In this document: piece by piece, positions 1-11,950 of the stretch | Numbering within the stretch: position 1 is the first letter of the stretch | Layout of the letters: every line of letters starts with the position of its first letter | Source of the DNA: Chloropicon primus | Lineage: Eukaryota | Direction: 5' to 3' | DNA length: 64,000 bases | NCBI GenBank assembly: GCA_023205875.1 | Contig: CP060759.1 | Location: 372,001-436,000, forward strand | Position numbers and translations under genes: made by a program | The notes under the pieces: model-generated | What the model saw: only the letters and a program-made list of their open reading frames with translations | Database searches by the model: none | Told to the model about the DNA's origin: nothing

Positions 1-2
1 AG

Positions 3-161
3 GCAGCGAGAGCAAGGGAAAGGGAGAAGGCTGCCCAGGCAAAGGCGGGAATAACAAGCACGGATGCGGCCGAGGAGGGGGCCGTGAAGCTGAACCACAA
101 GTTCATGAACTTGAACATGAACAAGGAAGAAGGGTGTGCCGATGACGCTTGGGATGACTAA
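3..161 (+). CDS. 3' end of an unknown protein (partial, runs off window start)
   Basis: Open frame ...AARAREREKAAQAK...GCADDAWDD* ending TAA at 159-161, followed by an AT-rich UTR. Confidence 0.55.
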   Translation, partial: AARAREREKAAQAKAGITSTDAAEEGAVKLNHKFMNLNMNKEEGCADDAWDD

Positions 162-246
162 AAAAAAGGTTATTTGTTTTGCTCAATAAAGATCCTCAGA
201 TTTACTCGAACGTCTTCTGTCCAGCATTGTTCTATCAAGACAATTG

Positions 247-426
247 TCATTCGGCCGGCTGCTGCATCTGCGCTGTGAATGGGTTCGCAATCTCTTCGAT
301 TCCCGCTGTCGGTGATACTGCCATCACAACCGTTCCTCGGCACACCACGAGACCAAGCTTCCTCGTGTTGGTTGTCACCCTGGACATATCTTCCGGATCT
401 GCACACCCAAGCAGAGAATAGATGGG

Positions 427-471
<45 letters not shown>

Positions 472-883
472 AGTCAGTACACTGGTGCCACAGCACGTTG
501 GGAGGGCCGTCCTTCGTCAAAGAAGCTCGAAGCCTCGCACTTACCCCTGAGGTATTCCACTGCGTCATCTAATACCATATTCAGCAGCTGGTCATACCCC
601 TTCAATGTCCCCGAAACTGCAAGGCAAAAAGGAAAGCAGAAGAAACAAGTCAGCTACCACAACCCCCCCTCACCTCAACCCACTTCCCCAACAAAACCTT
701 TCCCCACCATGGACACCGAGGCCTCTCTCCCTCCCTCTGTCTTTGGCGGTAAGTCCTCCGTCTCCGTCTTCTCGTTTCGTTTCGTTTCGTTTCGTGCGTA
801 CCTTCCCTTCCCCCCGCGAGCTTGACGTGGACGCCCTTGTCCACGAACTTGGCCAGCTCCACAGCCGACTGCTTGTGCGACAT
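247..883 (-). CDS. LSM7: U6 snRNA-associated Sm-like protein LSm7 (exons 883-802, 616-545, 398-247)
   Basis: Spliced translation MSHKQSAVELAKFVDKGVHVKLAGGREVSGTLKGYDQLLNMVLDDAVEYLRDPED...RKLGLVVCRGTVVMAVSPTAGIEEIANPF; GT-AG introns keep frame. Confidence 0.93.
428..473. repeat. (GATA)n/(GA)n compound microsatellite in an LSM7 intron
   Basis: agatagatagata...gagagaga seen directly. Confidence 0.9.
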
Positions 884-1041
884 CTCCCTCCCTCCCTCTC
901 TCTCTCTCTCCTCTCTCTCCTCGCTCTCTCCCTCGTCTCTCTCTCTCTTCCGCCGCAGTCGATTGCGATCGATCGATTTTGATTTGAAGGGGAGCAGAAG
1001 GGCACGAGGAGGCCTCGCTCGGTGCGCGGTTTGCGTTTGCG

Positions 1042-3777
1042 ATGAAGGGAACGAGGGCGGAGGACGGCATGAAGGGAACGAGGGCAACGCGCGTTGTCTT
1101 GTTTCTTCTCTTCGTGTTGCTGTGCTGCACCAAAGCGGCGTCTGGTTTCAAGGAAAACGAATTCAAAACCTGCGCCAAGTCGAGCTTTTGTCAAAGGCTG
1201 CGTTCCGTGCCACCCGAGCACAAGTATGTGATCGAGTCGCTCGAGGCGGACGACTCCGGTGCGGTGAGGGGTAAGGTCTCGGTCGTGGACGAGGATGCGG
1301 AGGACGAGACCTTGCACAAGGATATCGACTTTGCTCTCTTGGCGTACGAGTCTGGCGTGCTTCGCCTGAAGGTTTCTCAGCCAGGGAGGTTTGAGGTGCC
1401 AGAGGTTCTCCTGGACGATCTGAAGCAGGTGCCACTGACGTCGCAGTCCAAGGCGAGCGCCCAAGAGATCTTCCAGTTCCAGAACTCCTTGGTTGTTGTG
1501 ACCTTGAGTCCCATGAAGGTTGAAGTGTACGGCGACAAGTCGAAGATAACCACGCCTACTGTCGTGTTCAACGAGAACAGCTTGTTCAACTTTGAGAGAC
1601 AGGTGAAGCCTGGTGAGAATGGGTCCAGCGAGTGGGCGGAGACGTTTTTGTCTCACAGCGACACCAGGAAGAATGGGCCGATGGGACTCTCGATCGATGT
1701 TCACTTTCCTGGAGCAAACCACGTGTTTGGGATACCCGAGAGAGCGACGCGTTTCTCGCTCCCGCCTACCAAGGAGGTGCACGCAAACGGCGAAAAGGTC
1801 CTTCACGAGCCGTACCGACTCTACAACCTGGACGTCTTCGAGTATCTGCACGACCACCCCTTTGGCCTGTATGGCAGCATTCCTTTCCTCACAGCGAAGA
1901 AAGTTGGTTCGACCACCGGTGCTTTCTGGCTGAACGCAGCGGAGATGTACGTGGACATCTGGAAGACCGACAAGGGCACGAGCACTCAGTGGGTCTCCGA
2001 GAGCGGAATTGTGGACCTGTTCTTTTTCATTGGCCCGGAGCCAAAAGATGTGGCGCGTCAGTACTCCTCAATGACTGGGGGCACGCAAATGCCTCAGCTC
2101 TTCTCGCTGGGGTATCACCAGTGCCGCTGGAACTACAAGGACGAGGAGGACGTGGCCACGGTGGACAGCAACTTCGATCACTTTGGAATTCCCTGTGACG
2201 TGATCTGGCTTGATATCGAGCACACTGACGGAAAGCGGTACATGACTTGGGACAAAGCGCACTTTCCTACGCCGGAGAACATGCAAAACAGCTTGGCGGA
2301 GAAGGGCAGGAAGATGGTCGCCATTGTGGATCCTCACATCAAGAAGGACGATTCCTACCACATCTTCAAGGAAGCTCAGGGCAAGAGCTACTTCGTGAGG
2401 AACAAGGACGGGACCGACTTTGACGGTTGGTGCTGGCCCGGCTCATCGATGTACTTGGACATGCTCAATCCAGAAATTAGGAAGTGGTGGGCAACTAAGT
2501 TTGTGCCAGAGGTATTCAAGGGCTCGACGGAGAGTCTGTACATCTGGAATGACATGAATGAGCCAAGCGTGTTCAATGGCCCTGAGATCACCATGCACAA
2601 GGACAACTTGCACTACAACGACATAGAGCACAGGGATGTTCACAACATTTATGGTTACCTGTATCACATGGCAACCGCGGAGGGCCTCGTCTACAGGGGA
2701 GACAAAAGCCTGGCAAAGCCTTCGGACAGAGCTTTTGTCCTGAGCAGGGCTTTCTTCTCAGGGTCTCAGAGAGTTGGGCCGGTGTGGACCGGCGACAATA
2801 CCGCGGACTGGAACCATCTCAAGGTCTCCATCCCCATGTGCCTCACCCTCGGCGTCTCTGGCTTGACTTTCAGTGGGGCTGACGTTGGCGGGTTCTTTGG
2901 AAATCCAAATTCTGAGCTGTTGACGAGGTGGTACCAGCTGGGAATCTTTTACCCTTTCTTCAGAGCCCACGCTCACATCGACACAAAGAGGAGGGAGCCG
3001 TGGCTGTTCGAGGAGAGCGTCATGTCCAACATCAGGTCTGCTATTCAGCTGAGGTACAATCTCATGCCCTACATCTACACGCTCTTTCACATGGCGCACA
3101 AGGATGGTGCACCTGTGATGAGGCCGATCTGGTACGAGTTCCCTGAGCAGGAAGACACGTTCTCTTCCGAAGACGCCTTCCTGTTTGGGCCCTCTTTGCT
3201 TGTCAGCCCTGTGCTGGAGGAAGGGGCGAAGGCAGTCAATGTCCTTTTCCCTGGCAAGGACCTTTGGTACGACCTCTTTGGTGACAAGGTCTATGACGCG
3301 GAGAAGACGCCAAGAGTTCCCATGCCAGTCACAATGGAATCGATTCCTGTTCACGTGAGAGGAGGAAGCATCATTCCTCGCAGAATGCGGCCAAGGAGGA
3401 ACACGGAGGCCATGAAAAAGGACCCTTTCACGATCGTTGTGGCCCTGGACAAGAACCAAGAGGCCAGGGGGTCGTTCTATCTTGATGACGGTTCCTCGTT
3501 CGATTTCCAGCAGAAGAGAAAGTTCTTGTCTTCGACGTTCGTGTTCAAGAACTACAGACTGGAGAATGATGTGTACCACAACGCCCTGTACTTCACTAAC
3601 GAGTTTACGAAGGTCGAGAAAATTATTGTGAGGGGCCTGAAGAGAAAGGTTGGGAAGGTGGATGGCAACATGACGAAAATCAAAGACTTCTCTTGCACAC
3701 AGGAAGGGGGCACTTGGACCCTGGTGATAAAGAAGCCTGACCTGAGCTTGACAGAAAACTGGTCTTTGAAGCTGTAA
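1042..3777 (+). CDS. GANAB: ER glucosidase II alpha subunit (GH31); start may be ATG 1069
   Basis: Signal peptide, FKTCAKSSFC, YRLYNLDVFEY, WLDIEHTDGKRY, catalytic WNDMNEPSVF, WTGDN, FFRAHAH motifs. Confidence 0.95.
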   Translation: MKGTRAEDGMKGTRATRVVLFLLFVLLCCTKAASGFKENEFKTCAKSSFCQRLRSVPPEHKYVIESLEADDSGAVRGKVSVVDEDAEDETLHKDIDFALLAYESGVLRLKVSQPGRFEVPEVLLDDLKQVPLTSQSKASAQEIFQFQNSLVVVTLSPMKVEVYGDKSKITTPTVVFNENSLFNFERQVKPGENGSSEWAETFLSHSDTRKNGPMGLSIDVHFPGANHVFGIPERATRFSLPPTKEVHANGEKVLHEPYRLYNLDVFEYLHDHPFGLYGSIPFLTAKKVGSTTGAFWLNAAEMYVDIWKTDKGTSTQWVSESGIVDLFFFIGPEPKDVARQYSSMTGGTQMPQLFSLGYHQCRWNYKDEEDVATVDSNFDHFGIPCDVIWLDIEHTDGKRYMTWDKAHFPTPENMQNSLAEKGRKMVAIVDPHIKKDDSYHIFKEAQGKSYFVRNKDGTDFDGWCWPGSSMYLDMLNPEIRKWWATKFVPEVFKGSTESLYIWNDMNEPSVFNGPEITMHKDNLHYNDIEHRDVHNIYGYLYHMATAEGLVYRGDKSLAKPSDRAFVLSRAFFSGSQRVGPVWTGDNTADWNHLKVSIPMCLTLGVSGLTFSGADVGGFFGNPNSELLTRWYQLGIFYPFFRAHAHIDTKRREPWLFEESVMSNIRSAIQLRYNLMPYIYTLFHMAHKDGAPVMRPIWYEFPEQEDTFSSEDAFLFGPSLLVSPVLEEGAKAVNVLFPGKDLWYDLFGDKVYDAEKTPRVPMPVTMESIPVHVRGGSIIPRRMRPRRNTEAMKKDPFTIVVALDKNQEARGSFYLDDGSSFDFQQKRKFLSSTFVFKNYRLENDVYHNALYFTNEFTKVEKIIVRGLKRKVGKVDGNMTKIKDFSCTQEGGTWTLVIKKPDLSLTENWSLKL

Positions 3778-3895
3778 AGTCTTTGAAGCTGTAAAGTACA
3801 ACTATACATCAATCGATTTTATTACAATACACCATTTCACCCCGTGGCACCCTGGCGCGAGATCAGCTCAAATGCTCATGGCGCACACACGTATC

Positions 3896-6800
3896 TCAGA
3901 AAAATCTTCTTTTGACGCTTGACTTCCCCGGCATGGCAATCGATTTCTTCTCCCGCTGTCTCCGCGATTTCTTTTCCTCTTCTTCTCTAGCGGCAGCGGC
4001 CGCCTTCTGTCTCTTGAATACGTTCATCTCGGCCTCCATCGCCGCGGCTTCAATGGCACCCCTCTGCTCGGATTTCAGCTTGGTTTCATCCGTTTCCTTG
4101 ATGGTGAAGAATATGCTCCCATAGTCTGCTAGCCATTCTGGCTCCACTGCTGTCACACACTGCATGTACTCCTTGCTTGTCATGACCAGCTCATGATACA
4201 CGACGTAGTCTGGAGTGTAACCGAGGCCGTACAGCGCGCTTGTCGGGTGAAGATGGCAAGGTATGCCACTTCTGCAATTGACGTATTCCCCAATGCCTTT
4301 CAATTTTGAGGCATGGTGGAAATAAGACGAGCAGATTGCCTGCCTCACCACGTCCCACTCCAACTGCGTAGACGTGACCGGAAGCTTCTGCTGCTCCATG
4401 ATGTCAATCATTTGGGATCTCACCTCTCTGGCCTTCCGCAGTATCTTCGCATGCAAGAAGTGCCTGGCACACCAGTCTCCCCTGTACTTGTTGTTTTTCC
4501 ACTGGTTGTAAATATGCAGAAGCGTGAGGTGATCGCTTTCGGGGACAAAGAATTTCTCCCTTGCCGCGTCGCTCTCCTCCTGCCTGTCCGTCGGGCGGAA
4601 GAAAACAGGCGGGACGCTGAGCATGGAGACAACTGTGAGGATTTCACTTGTGCAGCCAAGCTCGTGTCCCATCAGGAGCATCTTTGCGAGGGGCGGGTCC
4701 AATGGGAACTGCACCATCTTTTTCCCCAGGCTCGTCAAGTTTCCCGTGTTATCCAAAGCCCCAAGAATCCACAACTGAAACATGGACTTCAGAAGGTTGT
4801 CCTGAGGAGGAGGGTCCATGAAGTCAAAGTGCAGCAGGTTGTCGACTTTCAGGCTCTTCAGCAGAAGGATCACGTTGCCAAGGTTTGTCCTCTGAATCTC
4901 TGGAACGTTCACCTCCAGCATCTCATTCTTGTACGCGTATTGCGTGAACATGCGGTAACAAGTTCCTGGTCCAGTACGGCCGGCCCTTCCGGAGCGCTGG
5001 TTCACACCCGCTCTGCTGCAGGGAAAGACCTGGAGAGCATCCATTCCCATCTTTGGGTTGTACACTTTCATTTTCACGTAGCCACAGTCCACGACGTACA
5101 GGATGCCATCCACGGTGAGGGAGGTCTCCGCGATGTTCGTGCTGATGATGCATTTGCGTACATTGTCCGGGGCTTTCTCAAAGATCTGCGCCTGGAGATC
5201 CGCGGGAAGCTGCGAATACATCGGAAGGATGGATAATTCAGGAGCATCTTCGAGCTGGTCCAGCCTCTCCTTCAGGGTGAAGCAGCAGCACTCAATTTCT
5301 TCCTGGCCCGTCATGAATATGAGCATATCGCCCGGGGGATGGCTCAAGTGAATTGCCAGGGCTTGCTTCACTGCTGCCTCGACGTAGTCCTCCACGGGAG
5401 TTTTGCTGAAAATGGTTTGCACAGGAAAGGTTCTGCCAGGAATGTTGAATATCGGGACTTGTCCAAAAAAGTTTGAAAACTTTTCTGAGTTCAGGGTGGC
5501 GGACGTGACGATGAGGCGGAAATCTCTCCTCCGCGAGAGGACTTTCTTCAGAATTCCAAAAAGCACGTCCGTGTTCAAGCTCCTTTCGTGGGCCTCGTCC
5601 ATGATTACAGCACAGTACCGATCCAAGTCGTCTTCCTTCAAGGTCTCCCGAAGTAGAACACCATCGGTCATGTACTTGATCTTCGTCTTCTCGCTCGTGC
5701 AGTCTTCGAATCGAATGGCGTAGCCCACCTCTTCCCCAAGCCTCACACCCATTTCCTCGCTCACTCTTTTGGCCACTGACATGGCCGCTACCCTTCGAGG
5801 CTGGGTACACCCAATCATTCCCCATTTCCCGTACCCTTCCTCGTATAAGTACTGGGTCATTTGCGTTGTTTTACCGCTCCCCGTTTCGCCGACCACCACC
5901 ACAATCTGGTTCTCTCGGACCACATCCATGAGCTCCTCCCTCACCGAGAACACTGGCAAAAGACACCGCTGCTCCTGTATCGTGTTGTTCTTCGAGAATT
6001 CGCTGGCAGCCTGGGACGTCGTCTTCATGTGATCGGAAAACTTTTCGGGCTTCTTGTAGTGCTCCTCGTTGCCCTCGGGATCTGATCCCCCGTCGTTCTC
6101 CTCCTTTTGTATCCCAGCAAGTTCCCTGGCATCCGCTTCCTCTTTGATCTCCTTGGTCGTCACGCCCGTGATCTTGGCCATCTTCGAGCCTGAGACCTCC
6201 CAGAACCTCTCCCTGCTCTTGTTCGCCTCGCGCCTGGCTCTCATCTCTTTCACAATCCTCGAGCCCTTTCGTGCAACAATGGCCATGTCGCTCGTGGGGT
6301 CCTTCAGCGGAAGAACCAGATCGATTTGCTTGGTGAAGATGATCCTGCCGTCGAGGAACGGCGGCCGCGTGTCGTGCACAATGAGGAGAACGCGGCAGTC
6401 AGAGTCGAAATCCTCGTCAATCCTCTCCTTTGCCCTCACGACACCGCTTGTCATCAGTCGGTTCTCCTCCCAGACCCTGAGGTCGGCCTGTATTTCGCTC
6501 GCTCGCTTGGACTGCGCCAATGTCATTACGGTGCCGTCTCTCCTGGTGAGGTGCTGCTGCATAAGCTTGCGCTTCCTCTGGAGCATCGCCTCCTCCGCTT
6601 CGTAGTCCTGCTCAGTGAAAAGGGCCGTGGTGCCCCCGAAGCCTTCTTCGTCGGCGTCGTACCAGTGCCTATCCAACTCGCGCTCGACCTCCTTGTCGAC
6701 GCCACCCTCGTCCTCCCGTTCCCCGGAGACATTCGCGGAGCCCGCCGCCTTGACAAACGTCTTGAGAGCCGGCCTCCCCGCGGGCCTGACGAAGTTCGGC

Positions 6801-7201
6801 CGATCGGACAGCGCCGTCCTCGTCGAGGCAGAAGCAGTCCCCGTGGAACCTTCGTCAGACCCGAGCGCGCCCGCCGAGTACCTCCCCCTGCCTTGGCTCC
6901 TTCGGAACTCGCCGTCGTTCCGACTCGCTTCCCACCCGGAACTGGGACCTCTCCTCGAGGTCTGCGGCCGAGCGTCCAACTCCGAGGCGCGCCCACCCAC
7001 AGACTCCTCCTCCTCCAGCCTCCTGCTCGCCTGCTGTCTCACGTTGCTCCTGTTCCTGTTCCTCCTCTTATTCTGCTGCCCGGCGGACGACACCTTGGCC
7101 GGCGCCTTGAACCCAAAGCCCTCGACATTGTCCTCGCCGTCCTCCTCGTCCTCCTCGTACGCCAAGTGGCTTAGCATCTTCCTCTTGCCACTCCTCTCCA
7201 T
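3896..7201 (-). CDS. PRP16: Pre-mRNA splicing DEAH-box helicase Prp16/DHX38
   Basis: [27 protein letters not shown] motifs; Prp16-type [13 protein letters not shown] and KDPTSDMA segments. Confidence 0.95.
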   Translation of the reverse strand: MERSGKRKMLSHLAYEEDEEDGEDNVEGFGFKAPAKVSSAGQQNKRRNRNRSNVRQQASRRLEEEESVGGRASELDARPQTSRRGPSSGWEASRNDGEFRRSQGRGRYSAGALGSDEGSTGTASASTRTALSDRPNFVRPAGRPALKTFVKAAGSANVSGEREDEGGVDKEVERELDRHWYDADEEGFGGTTALFTEQDYEAEEAMLQRKRKLMQQHLTRRDGTVMTLAQSKRASEIQADLRVWEENRLMTSGVVRAKERIDEDFDSDCRVLLIVHDTRPPFLDGRIIFTKQIDLVLPLKDPTSDMAIVARKGSRIVKEMRARREANKSRERFWEVSGSKMAKITGVTTKEIKEEADARELAGIQKEENDGGSDPEGNEEHYKKPEKFSDHMKTTSQAASEFSKNNTIQEQRCLLPVFSVREELMDVVRENQIVVVVGETGSGKTTQMTQYLYEEGYGKWGMIGCTQPRRVAAMSVAKRVSEEMGVRLGEEVGYAIRFEDCTSEKTKIKYMTDGVLLRETLKEDDLDRYCAVIMDEAHERSLNTDVLFGILKKVLSRRRDFRLIVTSATLNSEKFSNFFGQVPIFNIPGRTFPVQTIFSKTPVEDYVEAAVKQALAIHLSHPPGDMLIFMTGQEEIECCCFTLKERLDQLEDAPELSILPMYSQLPADLQAQIFEKAPDNVRKCIISTNIAETSLTVDGILYVVDCGYVKMKVYNPKMGMDALQVFPCSRAGVNQRSGRAGRTGPGTCYRMFTQYAYKNEMLEVNVPEIQRTNLGNVILLLKSLKVDNLLHFDFMDPPPQDNLLKSMFQLWILGALDNTGNLTSLGKKMVQFPLDPPLAKMLLMGHELGCTSEILTVVSMLSVPPVFFRPTDRQEESDAAREKFFVPESDHLTLLHIYNQWKNNKYRGDWCARHFLHAKILRKAREVRSQMIDIMEQQKLPVTSTQLEWDVVRQAICSSYFHHASKLKGIGEYVNCRSGIPCHLHPTSALYGLGYTPDYVVYHELVMTSKEYMQCVTAVEPEWLADYGSIFFTIKETDETKLKSEQRGAIEAAAMEAEMNVFKRQKAAAAAREEEEKKSRRQREKKSIAMPGKSSVKRRFF

Positions 7202-7651
7202 CTCAATTCTAAAGCAAGACCGAAGCCTTCTCGAATACTCCGAGCGTGAAAAGGGTCAAGAGATTGGCAATCAAAGGAATGTCGACACAAGCATTCGGAA
7301 GAAACCTTCTCCCCCTCCTTTCCACGTCTATCACGGCGTCGCTGTCCTCAGCAAGGTGGGCCACTCCTGTCCTTCCTTCTTCCCTTTCCGTCCTCCCAGT
7401 CAGTTCCTCGACCACTCAGGAAGCCAAATGGGTCAATCAAGGTATCGTTGGAAAGATCTCGGGGTCTAGTTTCGTCCAGTGTCCTCCTCTTGTCCCCTTT
7501 CCCCCTCGTTCGACCGTCAAGCCTCGCCACAGTGCTCTCCTCCCTCCTCCTCCCTCTAGGCCTCGAGATCTTTTCCAGCAATCAGTGGCTGGCAGAGGAA
7601 GAAGAAGAAGCGGAAGAGGAAAGAGGAGGGCTTTGGCCGCCGTGGTTCGGC

Positions 7652-10600
7652 ATGGAGGAGGGTCTGAAGCCGCAAGCGTTCTTCACGAGCGATGTCGTGT
7701 CCAAGAGGAACCCCGTGTTCTTCCACAAGGACGACAACAGGGAAAAGGAAAAGGAAAGAGAAGAGACAGAAACAAGCGGAACAAGCGGCGACTGCATAGA
7801 TGGCTACAGCAGGTGAGTGTTGGCCTTGGGAGATGGTTTCTCTTCATTTTTTTTTCAAAGGGTTGAGAAGGTTTTGTTCTGACTTCCTTGGATCGGTTCT
7901 GATGGCGTTGCTCTGGTCAAGGGGGACGCACCGTATTGGCGTGGTGGTGAGGACGAGGGAAGACTCGGGGTCGGACTCGGAGGACGACTACTCGAGTAGC
8001 TACAGCCAAAGCAACCCTTCTTCGGAGGACAGCCACCGGAAAGGGGATGATTCGAGTGTGGGACCCTCCGATGCGTCAACGAACGCGACGAAGAAGTCGA
8101 GTAACGCAGAGTTGGAGCCTACCGAAGTCGAGGTGTCCTGGTTTGGGTACTCGTCCAGATCGACAGCGCTGGAGCAGCACGATGACCTGGACCTGGTGGA
8201 CCGGCCCATCTATTTCAGCGAGATCGTGTCCTCGGCGAGTGATTCCATGGGGTGCACGGGCGTCGTCACCGGCTCTAGGATGACGGTTGACCTGCTTAAT
8301 CTGGAAGACAAAATCATCAGGAACATTGACACGAGGAACATCTGCCACGTGCGGTCGCACCGACCGGGGCTGTGGGTGCTGAGCGCCGTGGGGAGCCCTT
8401 TTCTCGGGCGGGTGGAGGATATCGGGGAAGGCATTATCGTGGAGTTCAGGGACGGCTCCAAGTGCAGGATAAGCGAAAGCAAGTTTCACAAGATAGAGAC
8501 GTACAATGACACGTACTGGGCGGAGGACACCATGTCGGACTTTGAGGGGAGGGACTGCAGGTTTTACCCCGGCCAGAGGGTCAAGGTGAAGGACAGAAAC
8601 GTTTTGGAGACTGCGGAGTGGCTTGTCGGCGGGCCATCGGATCACAAGAGGGGAATCATATGCAAGATCGAGGTCTGCACACTAGAGGTGCGCTGGTTGA
8701 TGCCGATACCGACTTGCAGTGGCGACGACGTGGAGACGGCGTCCCTCCCCCCGCCAATGGACATCTCTCCGAACGACGTCGTCTCGCTAGGCTTCGACGA
8801 GTTTCGCAACACGGACTGGTGCATCGGGGATTGGTGCATGTTCTCAAAGGGAAGCGGCGAAGAGGACGAGAACGGGCCTTCGTTCAGCAAAGGAAACGAT
8901 AGGAAGAAGAAGCTTATGGTCGTGCTTTGCTCTCACACGGTGTGCGACGTGAGGTGGCAGGATGGACGGCTCAGCAAAAACATTCCAGGAAAGGATCTTA
9001 TCGCTCTGAAGCATTGCGACGACTCTGAGTTTTGGCCAAACGATTTCGTGATGCTGCGGCAAGCAGCGGATTCGCTGGACGACTCGGAGACGTCGCCGAG
9101 GAAAAGCGGGGTGATACACACCGTGAATCACAAGGATCGAACTGCGGTGGTCAAGTGGCAGCTGAAGAGCAAGAAGCCGGATGAGTTTCTTCTGGGGGAC
9201 GAGGAGACCGTGAGCCTGTATGCCCTCGATGCTCATCCTGATTTTGGTCATTACTGCATCGGGAGCATGGTCATTCTCCTCGACGTGGAGAGGTCCAAGG
9301 AGAGGTCAAGAGACCAGGAAAGGGACTCAAAGGTGTCCACCGCGTCGATATTTGGGCAGATCAGGGCTCTGGACAATGGAAAGCTGCACGTCGTATGGGC
9401 TGACGGCAGCATGTCCTTTGAGTACCCCGCCAGCGTGTTCTGCATCGACAAGGATGATCTGGACAGTATGATCTCCGACTACGACTCTTATTCGTACAGT
9501 GAGAGTTATGACGGCTTTTCATCCTCTTCGGGCTCGTGGGAAACTGTTCCGGATGAAGAGAACCACAATTCAAACCAGGCGGCGATTGATGAGGTCTTGG
9601 CCCAAGCAGAGGCCCAAGAAAAGCTTTTGAGGGACGAGAATTCCCTTGCGAGGGGTTTGGCACAAAAGGTCAAGCTGGCAGACTTTGCAAGTGGTCTGGA
9701 ACAAAAGGTCAATCTAGCAGAGGAGGACGGGGAGAATGCTTGTTCTGAAAGTGGCCCAAGCCACGTCTCGAAGGAGAGGAAATCGAAAAAGAAGAGCGAG
9801 GGCATGCTTGGAAAGTTTCTGAACGTCTTTGGCAAAGGCACGGAGGAAGGCGCGAGTCCAGCAGCTGGTGCGGATGCAAAAGCGAAGAAGGACATGCTGC
9901 CTCGTGCTGGTGGCGGTGAGGGGCTCAGGGACATTATAGGCGATCGCAGCGAAGAGGTGAATTATAATACTCGCAAAGCAGCGAGAACGGCTTCCCTCTC
10001 CAGCATTGAAAGTCCCCGCGCGGAGATCACCGACACGGACGCCTTGCTGAAGAAACAGGATTTCAAGTCCCTGCTGCTGCGGCAGACTCTGAAGCACGAA
10101 AAGTTCGAGGTTCTGGAAGCCGCGCCGAGTGACCATCACTTTCTCGACCGGTCGCCGAGGTCGAACGTCCCCAAGTTTTCGAAGACAATCATAAAGGAGT
10201 GGAAGATCTTGAAGATGGGTCTCTCCGACGGGGTTTGGGTCAAGTGCTACGAGAACAGGATGGATCTCTTCAGGGCGATCATCGTGGGAAGCCCGGGGAC
10301 ACCTTATTACTCTGCCCTCTTCTCCTTCGATATCTACATCCCGCCTGACTTTCCTCAGGTTCCACCGGAGGTTTGTTACAGGTCCCACGGCTATCGTCTC
10401 AACCCAAACTTGTACGAGAATGGCCGCGTCTGCCTGAGTCTGCTGAACACTTGGAGCGGGAAGGAGTCGGAGAAGTGGGACCCAAAGCGCTCTTCCATTC
10501 TCCAGCTTCTCGTCTCCATCCAGGGTCTGGTGCTGGTGCAAAAGCCTTACTTCAACGAAGCTGGCTTCGGAAAGCAGGTCGGCACAGTGTCTGGCGAGAA

Positions 10601-10856
10601 GAACTCGGTCTTGTACAACGAGAATGCCCACCTTCTGTGCTTGAAGCTCATGATAAGCACGCTGAAGAGCCCCCCAGCTACTTTTGAAAAGTTTGTGAGG
10701 GATCACTTTCGCACCTTCTCCCCCGTGATCGCGGAGACCATGGCGAGCATGGAAGCGGGCGAGAACTTTTCGGGCGGGTTCAAAATGATGCTGTCGCAGA
10801 TCAAGCCCCACGTCCTCGCGGCCCTGAAGAAGGGGAGCGAGCAGCCTCAACAGTGA
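7652..10856 (+). CDS. E2/E3 hybrid ubiquitin-conjugating enzyme, UBE2O/UBC23-24 type (intron 7813-7921)
   Basis: C-terminal UBC domain RMDLFRAIIVGSPGTPY...NPNLYENGRVCLSLLNTW; N-terminal FYPGQRV and DVRWQDG motifs; GTGAGT...AAG intron joins the frames. Confidence 0.88.
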
Positions 10857-10941
10857 CTGATTGGGTGCGTGCGATGGGAGGGTCGTGTATAATTATTTTC
10901 TTCCCGGTGTATTACAAAAGTGTGAAAGGGAAAAAGTTTCA

Positions 10942-11766
10942 TCAATTCAGCATCCGCTTCATGCGCAAGGTGCGGCGGGACCGTCTCTTGGTCTCCTTCT
11001 GGATCTTCTTCTTTCTCGGAGCCATCGGCGTCTTCTTCTTCTGGGTCTCCACCTGCACTTGGTTGGCAGGCGTGCTGACCTCCTCCTGGACCTGCCTGCG
11101 CGCCTTCTTCGCCGCGGCAGGGGTGCCGAGGAGGTGCAGGGCACCCTTGGGCGACGACCTGGACACCTTGGACTTCTTCTTCTTCCTCCTCTTCTTCTTG
11201 TCCTTGCTGCTGCTCCTCTTCTTGGCGCCCTTCTTCTTGGCGAGGACGACCCTGTCCGTGGTGGCGCCGTCCTTGCCCTTCCACTCCGCGACGCGCTCCA
11301 CCCACTCGTCCTTGAGCTCCTTGGCCTGGGCCTCAAACTCCTGCTTGCGCTCGGCAGTGATCTCCTTCCAGAGCTTGCCGAGCTCCTTCGCCACGACCGT
11401 GACCTTGGAGGCGATGGAGGGGTTCTCCTTCACCAGCTTGGCTCTCTCCTCGGCCGCGAACAGGAAGTACGCGCTCGGGGGTCGCTTCGGCTTGGACAAC
11501 TTGCCGCTCGTGATGAGCTTCGTGGCCGACGACCCGACCATCTTCTTCTTCCTCGTCTTCGCCACCCCTCCCTGCTTCCACAGCGCGCTCTCCGCCCATT
11601 CCAGCAGGACGGTCGAGGGACCGAGGGGTCGGCTCACCCGCTGGTTCGGGTTGTTGTACGTCGTGACGAGGATCTTCGTCGTTCCCGCGAACTCCGTCGT
11701 GGGGAGGAGGTAAGGTCTCGCAAGATCCGAACCGTAAAAGTTCGCCACGCTCGCTCTCGTCGCCAT
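10942..11766 (-). CDS. HMG-box protein with an uncharacterised N-terminal domain and Lys-rich tail
   Basis: KPKRPPSAYFLFAAEERAKLVKENP...KELGKLWKEI is a canonical HMG box. Confidence 0.85.
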   Translation of the reverse strand: MATRASVANFYGSDLARPYLLPTTEFAGTTKILVTTYNNPNQRVSRPLGPSTVLLEWAESALWKQGGVAKTRKKKMVGSSATKLITSGKLSKPKRPPSAYFLFAAEERAKLVKENPSIASKVTVVAKELGKLWKEITAERKQEFEAQAKELKDEWVERVAEWKGKDGATTDRVVLAKKKGAKKRSSSKDKKKRRKKKKSKVSRSSPKGALHLLGTPAAAKKARRQVQEEVSTPANQVQVETQKKKTPMAPRKKKIQKETKRRSRRTLRMKRMLN

Positions 11767-11950
11767 AGTCCTCGTCCTCGTCCTCGTCCTCGTCCTTGTC
11801 GCCGTGCTCTCGATGAGGTTGAGGTCGATCTCGTCGTCGTCGTGCGCCGCTCTGTCTCTGTTCCCCTAAAAAAAAAAAGAAAAAACGCGCGAGAAAAGTC
11901 CTCTGGAAAAGTTTCAGATGGAATTGTGTTGATATAAATTGCTGTTAGTG

